A DNA stretch of 61,996 nucleotides from a virus (taxonomy: Duplodnaviria; Caudoviricetes): the IMG/VR virus record IMGVR_UViG_3300044302_003481, positions 1 to 61,996 of that record, one strand, 5' to 3'. The notes beneath the pieces were generated by a model. The model worked only from the letters and a program-made list of their open reading frames with translations. It was not told where the DNA came from and did not search any database. Position 1 is the first letter of the stretch, and every line of letters starts with the position of its first letter. Below are positions 25,983-34,475 of the stretch, one piece after another. Made by a program: the position numbers and the translations under genes.

Positions 25983-26590
25983 CAGTTATAAAAAATGAGG
26001 ACTGGATTGAAGCTTTAAATCAAACAGATTATGAGCCTATAGAAACTGATGAAAACGTTTATCAGAGCTATAGATTTGTCGATTTAGATATTAACTCAGT
26101 CACAATAGAAAACTATAGAGAACTTCTAGTAGATTCCCTAATTGAACAAGTAGAAATATTTATACCTCCATCAGGTAGCTTTGGAAATCCTGATCTACAC
26201 CGTTATCTAGAACTAGTTTGTAGTTATGAGACAAGCACAACTGATCTAATGCTAGGACTTTCATTAGCTGACCAAATCAGACTTACTTTCAGTGATATGA
26301 GAACAAGCACCATTTGTGATCGTTATCCAGAAATCAACTTGGCAGAGAAACGTAGGTACCGATGCGTTGCAGAATACTTAATACGACAAGGGGAACTAAC
26401 AAAACTAAGAGATGAAAACGGAAAACTAATTAAAAAAATAGGAAATATGCAAAAAGCAGTAGTCCTTTATCAACCATTACCAAAATTACTAGAGACATTA
26501 AAAAAATCAGGGTTAGGTCATCTCATCAAATCTGTATTAAAGAAAAAACCAGAGATTGAAGAAAAGACTGGTGATAAAACAAAAGCTTGA
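25979..26590 (+). CDS. hypothetical protein, possible winged helix at C terminus
   Basis: 203-aa ORF; RCVAEYLIRQGELTK...VVLYQ. Confidence 0.7.
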   Translation: MTVIKNEDWIEALNQTDYEPIETDENVYQSYRFVDLDINSVTIENYRELLVDSLIEQVEIFIPPSGSFGNPDLHRYLELVCSYETSTTDLMLGLSLADQIRLTFSDMRTSTICDRYPEINLAEKRRYRCVAEYLIRQGELTKLRDENGKLIKKIGNMQKAVVLYQPLPKLLETLKKSGLGHLIKSVLKKKPEIEEKTGDKTKA

Positions 26591-27023
26591 TAAACTTAAT
26601 CAGATAGAGAATCCTATGACAAGTAGACGAAACGAACTCCTCAAAAAACTTCTAAGAACTGTAACTAGTGAAGATGAAGCAAAACTTCTTCAACTAACAA
26701 TCGAACGCATATGTGCAGACATGTGTGAGTTTTATAGCGAATTCTATAAAAAAGAAGGACCTGGGGCAATGGTCTACGTTCCTGATGCACCAGAGAAAAA
26801 AAGTATGTTCTACCTAACAGTAGAACACTTAATAAATGCACTTAATGACTTCAATAATCGAGATATGGAGGGAGTTGCAGAGGTAATGCAGAAGGCAATA
26901 TCAAGAGCTGAGCAGATTGATCCAGAAAAAGAATCACTATTCATTATTCAAGATCAAAAGAAAATGCAACTAATCCATTACAAACATGACAGCGAAGGAG
27001 CTGACTTTGTAAAAATGATGTGA
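26556..27023 (+). CDS. hypothetical protein
   Basis: ORF in operon; true start may be the MTSRR ATG at 26616. Confidence 0.65.
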   Translation: MKKRLVIKQKLDKLNQIENPMTSRRNELLKKLLRTVTSEDEAKLLQLTIERICADMCEFYSEFYKKEGPGAMVYVPDAPEKKSMFYLTVEHLINALNDFNNRDMEGVAEVMQKAISRAEQIDPEKESLFIIQDQKKMQLIHYKHDSEGADFVKMM

Positions 27024-27649
27024 AGAATAAAAGAAAGTTACGTTGGGCTAATTACCAATTCGTCTTAGGACGTATAGCTCATCTCAATCATGATTGGATA
27101 ACTCCAGCAGAATATTTACCCTATATCCATGCCTTACTAGGAGATATTGATCTCGATCCCTGCTCCACTCATTCTGCAAACGTCGAATTTGTAAGAGCTA
27201 AAAAAATATATACATTAGAAGAAGATGGTTTAAATATTCAAGAACCTTGGACAGGAAAAACATATTTATTTCCACCTACATTTGGTCGTTGTTCTTTTAA
27301 TAAAGAAAGAGGTACATGGAGATGGAGTGTAAAAGCTGGAACAGCGGCAAAAGCCCCTTCAGTCATATGGTTTAGGCGTTTAGTAAGAGAATGGAAACTA
27401 AGAAACATACCAGAAGCGTTATTTTATACTCTTTACCCTGAAATGATGAGAACATGCCCCGAAATGTGGGATTTTCCAGTTTGTATACCTACTGACCGAG
27501 CAAATACTATTCATGGAGATAAATTATTTACTCTTAAATCACCTATGTTTTGGGGTTATTTTATATATTTACCCAGTCTTGAGTTTGGATTTGATCAAAC
27601 TGAGAGATTTAAAGAGATATTTTCTAATCTAGGAAAAATTATCTGCTAA
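27020..27649 (+). CDS. phage Dam-family N6-adenine methyltransferase homologue with degenerate motif IV
   Basis: DWITP, GDIDLDPCS, YTLEEDGL...PW; NPPY position reads FPPTF. Confidence 0.75.
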   Translation: MKNKRKLRWANYQFVLGRIAHLNHDWITPAEYLPYIHALLGDIDLDPCSTHSANVEFVRAKKIYTLEEDGLNIQEPWTGKTYLFPPTFGRCSFNKERGTWRWSVKAGTAAKAPSVIWFRRLVREWKLRNIPEALFYTLYPEMMRTCPEMWDFPVCIPTDRANTIHGDKLFTLKSPMFWGYFIYLPSLEFGFDQTERFKEIFSNLGKIIC

Positions 27650-27667
27650 ATTAAGATTTTAACCGTC

Positions 27668-27976
27668 ATGTTAGAGATGACCGATACCCAAATTGAAATA
27701 GCAGCTATCTGTGAAGATGTTAAGGAACTTTTACTCTATAAAAATAAGAAATATGGTAATTCCGCACTTGAACCAGCTCGTATATTTAGTAAAGCTAGTG
27801 CAGTTGAACAACTATTAGTAAGGATCGACGATAAATTAAATAGAATACAAAAAGGTGCAGGCTTGATTGGTGAAGACGAAGATGTCATTATGGACTTAAT
27901 TGGCTATTTAGTACTGCTTAAAATAGGACTAAAGCGTCAATCAAAGGCTTTACCATCATGCAGTACGAAACCTTAA
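27668..27976 (+). CDS. DUF1599 / nucleotide-modification-associated domain protein
   Basis: LLYKNKKYGNSA...VRIDDKLNRI...EDVIMDLIGYLVLL. Confidence 0.8.
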   Translation: MLEMTDTQIEIAAICEDVKELLLYKNKKYGNSALEPARIFSKASAVEQLLVRIDDKLNRIQKGAGLIGEDEDVIMDLIGYLVLLKIGLKRQSKALPSCSTKP

Positions 27977-28039
27977 TAGACAATTACACCCCAGAACTAC
28001 AACTAATAGACGCTCTAGACATGCTTAAACACTATGAGC

Positions 28040-28771
28040 CTAAGGCGGCGGAGATCCTAGACCAGTGGGCTTCTGAGTCCAATATCGAAAGAACTGGCGA
28101 AGAACCTCACCAGACGGGTCCCACTCAGACAACTTTCTCTCAAGATATTCAATTGCTTTCAACTGATTGGGAACCCCAGTATAAGTCTCAGGGAGATTTA
28201 ATAGACATCTCTTCACCCGACAACGATGGGGAACTAACGTGGGAATCTCTTTATCTGCAGCGTAATAAGTATCCAATTCAACACGACGTCTATCTCTCAT
28301 CAGATCACCCCCAGACAGCCAAATTTGATTAATATAAGGGCTCCACTCACGAATAATCTTAGTTTTACCAGCAGAAGAGTTTATTAGCTCTAATAGACGA
28401 CAAGTTTTAAACGAAGAAATACCAATACTATGAGCAAAACTCAGAATAGCCGCCTTCCTATTAGTATTTAGAGGGACAAATACATATTTAGCTACTAAAT
28501 CTGAAAACTCTTTTAAATCCTCTTCTAGCTGAATGTCTATCTCTTCTTCAGTAGCTTTATCTGTAGATGATAACCATCTCTTTTCTAATTTTTTACTTCC
28601 ATATCCAATACGCCATATATCTTCACCATATTCCTTATAAGAAGCATAACGCCCCATACCTATGTGGGTACGGGGCAATGAATGAGTTTTTATTAAATTT
28701 ATGCCTTTTCTAGTTAAAAAAGGATGTTCCTTCCATCTAGTACGTAGTTTTTGATTCTTATGGGACGACAA
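28040..28771 (-). CDS. GH24 lysozyme homologue with degenerate catalytic motif
   Basis: KGINLIK...WRIGYG...VFVPLNTNRKAAILSFAHSIG...LLELIN...RRRVE. Confidence 0.8.
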   Translation of the reverse strand: MSSHKNQKLRTRWKEHPFLTRKGINLIKTHSLPRTHIGMGRYASYKEYGEDIWRIGYGSKKLEKRWLSSTDKATEEEIDIQLEEDLKEFSDLVAKYVFVPLNTNRKAAILSFAHSIGISSFKTCRLLELINSSAGKTKIIREWSPYINQIWLSGGDLMRDRRRVELDTYYAADKEIPTLVPHRCRVKRCLLNLPETYTGVPNQLKAIEYLERKLSEWDPSGEVLRQFFRYWTQKPTGLGSPPP

Positions 28772-29141
28772 CGCTACCGCTGTAACTTACCCCAGAATAA
28801 CCATCTAACTTAAGTAACACAATATAGTCTTTAGAAGCATTAGTTACTGTTACACCTACAACTCCTTTACCTTTTCCATCTCTAGCAATGTTTGCAAATT
28901 TTGAATAGCCATTTGGAGCAGAGCCTGCTGTATAAGCATCTTCTTGGAAGATCTCCATAGTATTAATGGAGCTACTACGATCAAGTGTTACCTTGATATC
29001 TCCTGTACCACCAGGATTAACACGGAAGCCTCTAACAGCCTCCCCAGGGTTATTAGCAGCTGTAGAACCGAGATAAGTAATCTCAGAACCAGCATCAACG
29101 CTTTGTGTATCTAGAGTGCCTTCAATTGTGCGAGTAGCCAT
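28758..29141 (-). CDS. small beta-rich protein, probably virion-associated
   Basis: 127-aa Gly/Ser/Thr-rich ORF. Confidence 0.65.
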   Translation of the reverse strand: MATRTIEGTLDTQSVDAGSEITYLGSTAANNPGEAVRGFRVNPGGTGDIKVTLDRSSSINTMEIFQEDAYTAGSAPNGYSKFANIARDGKGKGVVGVTVTNASKDYIVLLKLDGYSGVSYSGSVVVP

Positions 29142-29145
29142 GGTA

Positions 29146-29361
29146 CTAAGAAATCTGTCCTACAGTGGAGATGTTGAATTGAATATCGGCATCAATGCCG
29201 TGGTCCTTCATGATGTTAAAAAACATCTGCTTATCTAGAGCTTTTTGATGAAGCATCTCAATAAATGCCTCCTCTAAATCCGCACGGTCAAGATTTTGAA
29301 TCGCAAGGGAAGCTGCATGAATTGAAAATTCAACATCAACCGGAAGCTCTAATGCATCCAT
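29146..29361 (-). CDS. nblA: NblA-like phycobilisome degradation adaptor
   Basis: LELPVDVEFSIHAASLAIQNLDRADLEEAFIEMLHQKALDKQMFFNIMKDHG aligns without gaps to NblA IELSLEQQFSIRSFATQVQNMSHDQAKDFLVKLYEQMVVREATYQELLKHQW. Confidence 0.7.
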   Translation of the reverse strand: MDALELPVDVEFSIHAASLAIQNLDRADLEEAFIEMLHQKALDKQMFFNIMKDHGIDADIQFNISTVGQIS

Positions 29362-29386
29362 AAAAAGTTAGAACCTTATAGATATA

Positions 29387-29533
29387 TTACCAGCGCTGAA
29401 CTGACACTGCAATTCCTCGTTTAGAACGCCTACTTATAACCTTCTTTTCACTACGTTTAAGTAGAAGCGTACTAACCCCATAGCTCCCACTAAAGAGCAA
29501 TATAAAATTTAGAGCAATTAACTCCACATGCAT
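29387..29533 (-). CDS. small membrane protein with basic tail (48 aa), not in the ORF track
   Basis: MHVELIALNFILLFSGSYGVSTLLLKRSEKKVISRRSKRG... Confidence 0.45.
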   Translation of the reverse strand: MHVELIALNFILLFSGSYGVSTLLLKRSEKKVISRRSKRGIAVSVQRW

Positions 29534-29576
29534 CTATAGTTACACTTATACATTGTACGAGCATTGGAACTTACAA

Positions 29577-30383
29577 ATGCATATAGATGAATTAACTAAA
29601 ATAGCAAAACACTTAACAAGATCAGCAGTATGTGGAGTAACAAAAGAACAGCTCTTAAGAACTTTTAAAGAAATGTATAATTTAAGTGATAATGAAATCA
29701 AAGCTTTACTTATACTCTGTAACTTCAAATCAACACCAAAATCAATTGATTACGAACATTTCTATAACAATCCCTTAATACATAAAACAGAAAGAATAAA
29801 TTATCCTTTTACACAAATACACTTTCATAGAAACTTTTTGACAGACTATGAATGCAAAGAATTAATTGAATGTATAAACAAATCTACAAGGAAATCTACA
29901 TTATCAAACGATAAAGATGAAGCAATCACATCTGACTACAGAACTAGCGAAACAGCCGATCTACACTTTTTTCCAGCAGATTTAATCTTTGATATAGATA
30001 ATAAATTAGAGGACTTAATGGAGATAGACCCTTTCCTCGGAGAAGCTATGCAAGCACAAAAATACACGCCTGGACAATATTATAAAGAACACTGGGATTT
30101 CTTTCCACCTAGAGAGAAAAAGCAGCATAAAGTTTATTGCGAATGGATGGGACAACGTACATGGACAACAATGATGTATTTAAATCATGTTGAAGAAGGC
30201 GGAGAAACTTATTTTAAACATTTAAATCTAAAAATTAAGCCAGAGACTGGGCTACTTTTAGCTTGGAATAATTTGTATAGAGATGGAAAACCAAATTATA
30301 AAACTATGCATGAAGCATTACCGCCAATAAAAGGGGATAAATATGTAATAACAAAATGGTGGAGAAGCTGGCCTTTAATTTAA
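29577..30383 (+). CDS. 2OG-Fe(II) oxygenase, prolyl 4-hydroxylase-like
   Basis: EHWDFF (HxD), QRTWTTMMYLNHVEEGGETYF, MHEALP...GDKYVITKW; start could be 29553. Confidence 0.92.
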   Translation: MHIDELTKIAKHLTRSAVCGVTKEQLLRTFKEMYNLSDNEIKALLILCNFKSTPKSIDYEHFYNNPLIHKTERINYPFTQIHFHRNFLTDYECKELIECINKSTRKSTLSNDKDEAITSDYRTSETADLHFFPADLIFDIDNKLEDLMEIDPFLGEAMQAQKYTPGQYYKEHWDFFPPREKKQHKVYCEWMGQRTWTTMMYLNHVEEGGETYFKHLNLKIKPETGLLLAWNNLYRDGKPNYKTMHEALPPIKGDKYVITKWWRSWPLI

Positions 30384-30557
30384 CTATGTAGTTATAATTC
30401 TATCGTCCATTTTTTCCCTTACAGTAGCTGGTTTTTCTCCAGCTATAGCTCGTCTTCCAACATTTACATCACGTTCATATCTATGATCTTCCATTTCATC
30501 AGCAACCTTCATTGCTCTTTCACGTAAAAATTCATAAGGATCTCTTTGAGGTTCCAC
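30384..30557 (-). CDS. small hypothetical protein (57 aa, GTG start), not in the ORF track
   Basis: MEPQRDPYEFLRERAMKVADEMED...; fills the gap between convergent genes. Confidence 0.5.
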   Translation of the reverse strand: MEPQRDPYEFLRERAMKVADEMEDHRYERDVNVGRRAIAGEKPATVREKMDDRIITT

Positions 30558-30569
30558 TGTACTAAATAA

Positions 30570-30890
30570 CTAACACCACTGCTTTAGTTTAACAAATCTC
30601 TCCTCGCAGTAATGTTCATTCTCTTCCGTATACCAATCTTCAAGCTTTGACGTAGCTTTTGCTTTATTACAAGGACTACAACAGCAACACATATTTACTC
30701 TAATGTGCTGACCACCTCTAAATTTAGGAATTATGTGGTCAATTGTAGCTGTTTCAGGTGTTAATTGCTCCCCACAGTAAGCACACTTCCATCCCCAAGC
30801 TTCAAAAATATACTGTCGAAATCTATGTCGAGCATTATTTGTAGTAAGAACAATTAAGTTGGAGAGAAGGTCTTGCTCGCAATGAAACAC
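30570..30890 (-). CDS. HNH endonuclease (intact motif)
   Basis: CAYCG...TIDHIIPKFRGG...NMCCCCSPCNKAK. Confidence 0.88.
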   Translation of the reverse strand: MFHCEQDLLSNLIVLTTNNARHRFRQYIFEAWGWKCAYCGEQLTPETATIDHIIPKFRGGQHIRVNMCCCCSPCNKAKATSKLEDWYTEENEHYCEERFVKLKQWC

Positions 30891-30931
30891 AGAAGTTTTT
30901 CGCGTATGAAAAAACTGTAAAACGCATTAAC

Positions 30932-31165
30932 TTAGCTTTTTACTTCCTCAATAATCGTTATATTTTCTTCATCTGCTGGATCGTAATCAGCATCCTCTAA
31001 TAACTTGAGTAAATAATAATGGATTCGATCTGTAACCCAGCGAAGATCTTCATCACTAACATCACAGACAATTGCATCTATGGAGAGTTCACGAGACGGA
31101 GCACGTACATGCTCTGCTAGTAACTCAAGGGCTCGGTATCGACTTTTGTTCAACTCGCCCAACAT
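30932..31165 (-). CDS. hypothetical protein
   Basis: 77-aa ORF. Confidence 0.6.
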   Translation of the reverse strand: MLGELNKSRYRALELLAEHVRAPSRELSIDAIVCDVSDEDLRWVTDRIHYYLLKLLEDADYDPADEENITIIEEVKS

Positions 31166-31169
31166 GGTA

Positions 31170-31376
31170 TTAGGGGTCTACGCCCTCGGTAGTGTTTTCA
31201 TTAGCTGCTGCTTCAGCTTGTTGTTTTTGAATTGCAGAGAACTCTTGAGCACCTAAAATTTTTAAATAGCCCTCTTTAGAACGCATCAACTGCGCTTCAA
31301 GCTCTTTAATTTGTGCTTCTAACTGTTCACGCTGTTCTTGCAACTGATCGTCTAATGATTTCGGGGCGTCAGACAT
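31170..31376 (-). CDS. small coiled-coil protein
   Basis: LDDQLQEQREQLEAQIKELEAQL heptads. Confidence 0.65.
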   Translation of the reverse strand: MSDAPKSLDDQLQEQREQLEAQIKELEAQLMRSKEGYLKILGAQEFSAIQKQQAEAAANENTTEGVDP

Positions 31377-31423
31377 GGCTTAAAAAATAATTGCTCATCA
31401 AAGAGAGAATAGCTCTCCTTAAT

Positions 31424-32224
31424 CTAGATCTCTCTAAAATTTAGCCAACACCAACCAGATGCGCCACCACTGGCAAATAATCTAGGGTTCATATCCTTAA
31501 AGCTGTAACGCACATCCTTTCCCGCTAAAGGGTTTCTATCAGACCAAAGTCCATTAATTAAATCCATTTCTCCGAATGGATCTTGAACTAACCAGTAATC
31601 TTTTCCATATCCGGTAATAGCTATAAGATGAGTTTTACCCGTTGGATATTCAGGTGTTCCTCTACATAGAAGACTTGCAGCAACTGGTTGACCATTTTTT
31701 ATCTGTTTTTTTATGTCATAGGAATCAGCAGAGTAGGTAAACGTAGCCTTTATCCCAAATTCTTCTAAAGCTTTAACATTTGAACTCTTGATTCGACTTA
31801 AACCATGCTTATTAACAGCTTCTACATAATCCATAACCCCGTTAATACCTGGTATTTTGAGATATTTTAAGCACATGGCAAAAGTGAAAACATGGCTATC
31901 ATCATTCTTATCTGACTCTTGGTAGTAGTAAGGAAAATCTTTTAAAAAGATTAAATCTCCATCCACTTCATAAGGCTTATCTTCAGTATCGGTAGACAAC
32001 CCATTCCAATGACTATCTAACACCCACCAGTCACCTAAACCGCGCATATCTAGCCTTGTATGCTCATCCTTCCGATCAAGCACCTTACAGCGCAATATAG
32101 AGCGCGATGGCATTACTTGAGCTTTCTCCTCAACAGTTAATTTATTTGCATCTACAGGATGGCTTTTTAACCATGTATGACATCTTGATGTGACGGAAAC
32201 CCATGCCCAATGAATAGATGACAC
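31424..32224 (-). CDS. peptidase C39-like protein (cell-wall hydrolase type), catalytic Cys apparently replaced
   Basis: FPYYYQ, NGQPVAASLL, THLIAITGY, VQDPFGEMDLING, YSFKDMNPR...GW; SH3-like N terminus. Confidence 0.75.
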   Translation of the reverse strand: MSSIHWAWVSVTSRCHTWLKSHPVDANKLTVEEKAQVMPSRSILRCKVLDRKDEHTRLDMRGLGDWWVLDSHWNGLSTDTEDKPYEVDGDLIFLKDFPYYYQESDKNDDSHVFTFAMCLKYLKIPGINGVMDYVEAVNKHGLSRIKSSNVKALEEFGIKATFTYSADSYDIKKQIKNGQPVAASLLCRGTPEYPTGKTHLIAITGYGKDYWLVQDPFGEMDLINGLWSDRNPLAGKDVRYSFKDMNPRLFASGGASGWCWLNFREI

Positions 32225-32268
32225 ATTTTAGAGAAAAGCTGTCCGTATATTACCCAATCCTTATCTAG

Positions 32269-32733
32269 TTACAACTGATACTTTGTAGCATCTTTAGAAT
32301 TAGGATTTTCAGCCTTAATTATTAATGGAGCTTGCTCAATTCTAATAGTTTGTACAGCAGAATTAGCAGCAGCTTTTGCAATCATTTCCTCCATATCTTT
32401 CTTACTAACTTGACCATTATTATCGCCATTCATTTTCATCGTTCCATCACCTTTTTTAGACGCTGTAGCAATTCCAAAACTGGCGAGAACGCCCGTGAAC
32501 ACTGACGCGATGAAGGTTGGATCTATTTTCTGTTGAGGTACACCTGGGATCGCAACATAATTTAACGTCAAGATCGCACCGGACCACCCAAGTACTACAA
32601 TTCTGACCCCTGTAGATATAATTGCAGCCTGTTCTTCTTGATCAGGAATAAGTGCATCTTTTACTTTTCCAAACACACCTTTTTTCTTTTCAGTATCATT
32701 TTTTACCGAAAAATCTTTTACCTTTTCAGTCAT
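32269..32733 (-). CDS. two-TM membrane protein
   Basis: VRIVVLGWSGAILTLNY and IDPTFIASVFTGVLASFGI. Confidence 0.75.
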   Translation of the reverse strand: MTEKVKDFSVKNDTEKKKGVFGKVKDALIPDQEEQAAIISTGVRIVVLGWSGAILTLNYVAIPGVPQQKIDPTFIASVFTGVLASFGIATASKKGDGTMKMNGDNNGQVSKKDMEEMIAKAAANSAVQTIRIEQAPLIIKAENPNSKDATKYQL

Positions 32734-32804
32734 CGTATAGTAGCAAGACGTATTAAGTTTAACCTCAGGTAAACTTATATTGCGACAAAGAAGTATTTAG
32801 TCCT

Positions 32805-33317
32805 ATGTGGAAACTAATCCCCTTATTAATGTTCTTTATTGCACCTTCTGTAAAGGCAGATCTAGTTCATAGGCTATCAACGTCAACTCAGCTATCGGTC
32901 ACGGGAGCAGCAACAAGTGCAGAAAGAATTGGCTCAACCTACGCCGTCTCAGGATCAAACATTAAAGTTGGTTCTGGAAATAGTGACGTGTTTGGAGGAT
33001 TGACGATTGGATCAGCAACAGCTGCTGCAACTATGAAAGCAGGTACTTACGACGTAAATACTGCAGGTAGTGCTTTCAGTTTTTCGGAAAGTTTCACTCA
33101 AGGAGACGGAATACCTGCAATAGGTAGTGGTGTGGATGTTACCTCTGGTGTGGTAGCTGATATGCCAGCTTTTGGTAATACTACAACGCAATCTGGTGGT
33201 GTTGCCGGTACCCTCGCAGGGACAATTACCAGCGCTGGAGTGGTTACGATAACCGGTGGAGGCGCTGGTACCACTGCTACCGGACAATTTGTGAGCGAGG
33301 TAGTCATAGGAGACTGA
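32805..33317 (+). CDS. secreted Gly/Ser/Thr-rich beta protein
   Basis: Signal peptide MWKLIPLLMFFIAPSVKA. Confidence 0.75.
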   Translation: MWKLIPLLMFFIAPSVKADLVHRLSTSTQLSVTGAATSAERIGSTYAVSGSNIKVGSGNSDVFGGLTIGSATAAATMKAGTYDVNTAGSAFSFSESFTQGDGIPAIGSGVDVTSGVVADMPAFGNTTTQSGGVAGTLAGTITSAGVVTITGGGAGTTATGQFVSEVVIGD

Positions 33318-33327
33318 GTAGGCTACG

Positions 33328-33759
33328 ATGAAACGCTTATTAACCGTCTTATCACTACTGTTTATACCTGAAGCTGGTGCAGTTCCTGTGATTCCAAATT
33401 TCACTCAAGGAGGAATGACCAGCCATACAGAGACAACATCTAAAGTAACGGAGACGATAAATTCAATTGATTATCAGACAGGGTGGCAGTATACTGTGAC
33501 CGGCACAGGAGTTGAGCATTCGGGATCAAGTATCTCGCCAGATGCGGTAACTGGCAATTCAAATACGCTTCAAGGTGTGACTTCTACATGGACGGGTCTA
33601 GACGCTGCAAACAAACCAGATTGGACAATAGTAAATCCTGGTGGCAGCTTTCAATTTACCGAATCATATCGCTCGCCTGGTATGGTCAATCAGACAATAA
33701 TCCAGAGAGTCACAGAAATCCAAAGCGTCACCGACACAACTTCAACTTTCAGCAACTAA
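33328..33759 (+). CDS. secreted Thr-rich beta protein
   Basis: Signal peptide MKRLLTVLSLLFIPEAGA then VPVIPNF. Confidence 0.75.
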   Translation: MKRLLTVLSLLFIPEAGAVPVIPNFTQGGMTSHTETTSKVTETINSIDYQTGWQYTVTGTGVEHSGSSISPDAVTGNSNTLQGVTSTWTGLDAANKPDWTIVNPGGSFQFTESYRSPGMVNQTIIQRVTEIQSVTDTTSTFSN

Positions 33760-34475
33760 GCTACCTTTTATTAGTTTTATTAAATGCGAATGTATTATTC
33801 CCGACAGCAGTACGCTCTTCGGACGTTGGCGGTGTTAGCGCCACTGCTAATCCTGTTGCTAATAGTTCAGGTTCTGTCACCAACCAAGCCATCCAGGTTC
33901 TTCAAGGACCGTACATTACCAACACCTACGGAGATGGAATCAGTTGCCAAGGACCTACCCTAAATATCACACCCTTCATTACTGATAGTCATAGCTTTCA
34001 AAAACCTAGAGAATATTATTATGAAGATCCTGTATATGATGTTTCTGACTCCGACAATGATGGCATCGTCGATAATCCCGGCTCCATCCTCTACTACGTG
34101 CCCACAAGAACAGGTCAGAAGGATCAATTTAATTTGTCCTTGGGAATTTCCGCAACCATTTCAATACCCCTTGATGGAGGACTGCAAGCCAGATGTAAAA
34201 AATCAGTGGACACAAGGCTTGCCATGCAAAATCAGCTTATTGCCAATAAAAGATTAGATTTCGAAATAGCACGTCTAAAAAATTGTGGTGAACTATTAAA
34301 GGCGGGAGTAACCTGGCACCCTAAATCCAAGTCAGCAGTTATTTGTTCAGACGTTATATTGGTGAATCCTCCAGGTGTAGTTGGTCCGCATACACATTCT
34401 ATTTCTTCTTCGGCTCCTTTAAAGGAGGGAGACTCCTTTTCTCTCGGTACTGATTTGAACGAATCTCAGAAATAG
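33588..34475 (+). CDS. secreted/outer-membrane protein (start uncertain)
   Basis: Internal signal-like LSYLLLVLLNANVLFPTAVRS; beta strand NLSLGISATISIPL followed by a Cys-bracketed helix. Confidence 0.7.
   Translation: MDGSRRCKQTRLDNSKSWWQLSIYRIISLAWYGQSDNNPESHRNPKRHRHNFNFQQLSYLLLVLLNANVLFPTAVRSSDVGGVSATANPVANSSGSVTNQAIQVLQGPYITNTYGDGISCQGPTLNITPFITDSHSFQKPREYYYEDPVYDVSDSDNDGIVDNPGSILYYVPTRTGQKDQFNLSLGISATISIPLDGGLQARCKKSVDTRLAMQNQLIANKRLDFEIARLKNCGELLKAGVTWHPKSKSAVICSDVILVNPPGVVGPHTHSISSSAPLKEGDSFSLGTDLNESQK

Noticed and set aside
27958-28332. 124-aa + strand ORF
   Set aside because: Mostly antisense to the lysozyme homologue with no motif; only its first ~27 codons are free, so left uncalled
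33012-33404. 130-aa minus-strand ORF and similar short antisense ORFs in pol, primase, fibre, portal and terminase genes
   Set aside because: Antisense or alternate-frame shadows of well-supported genes
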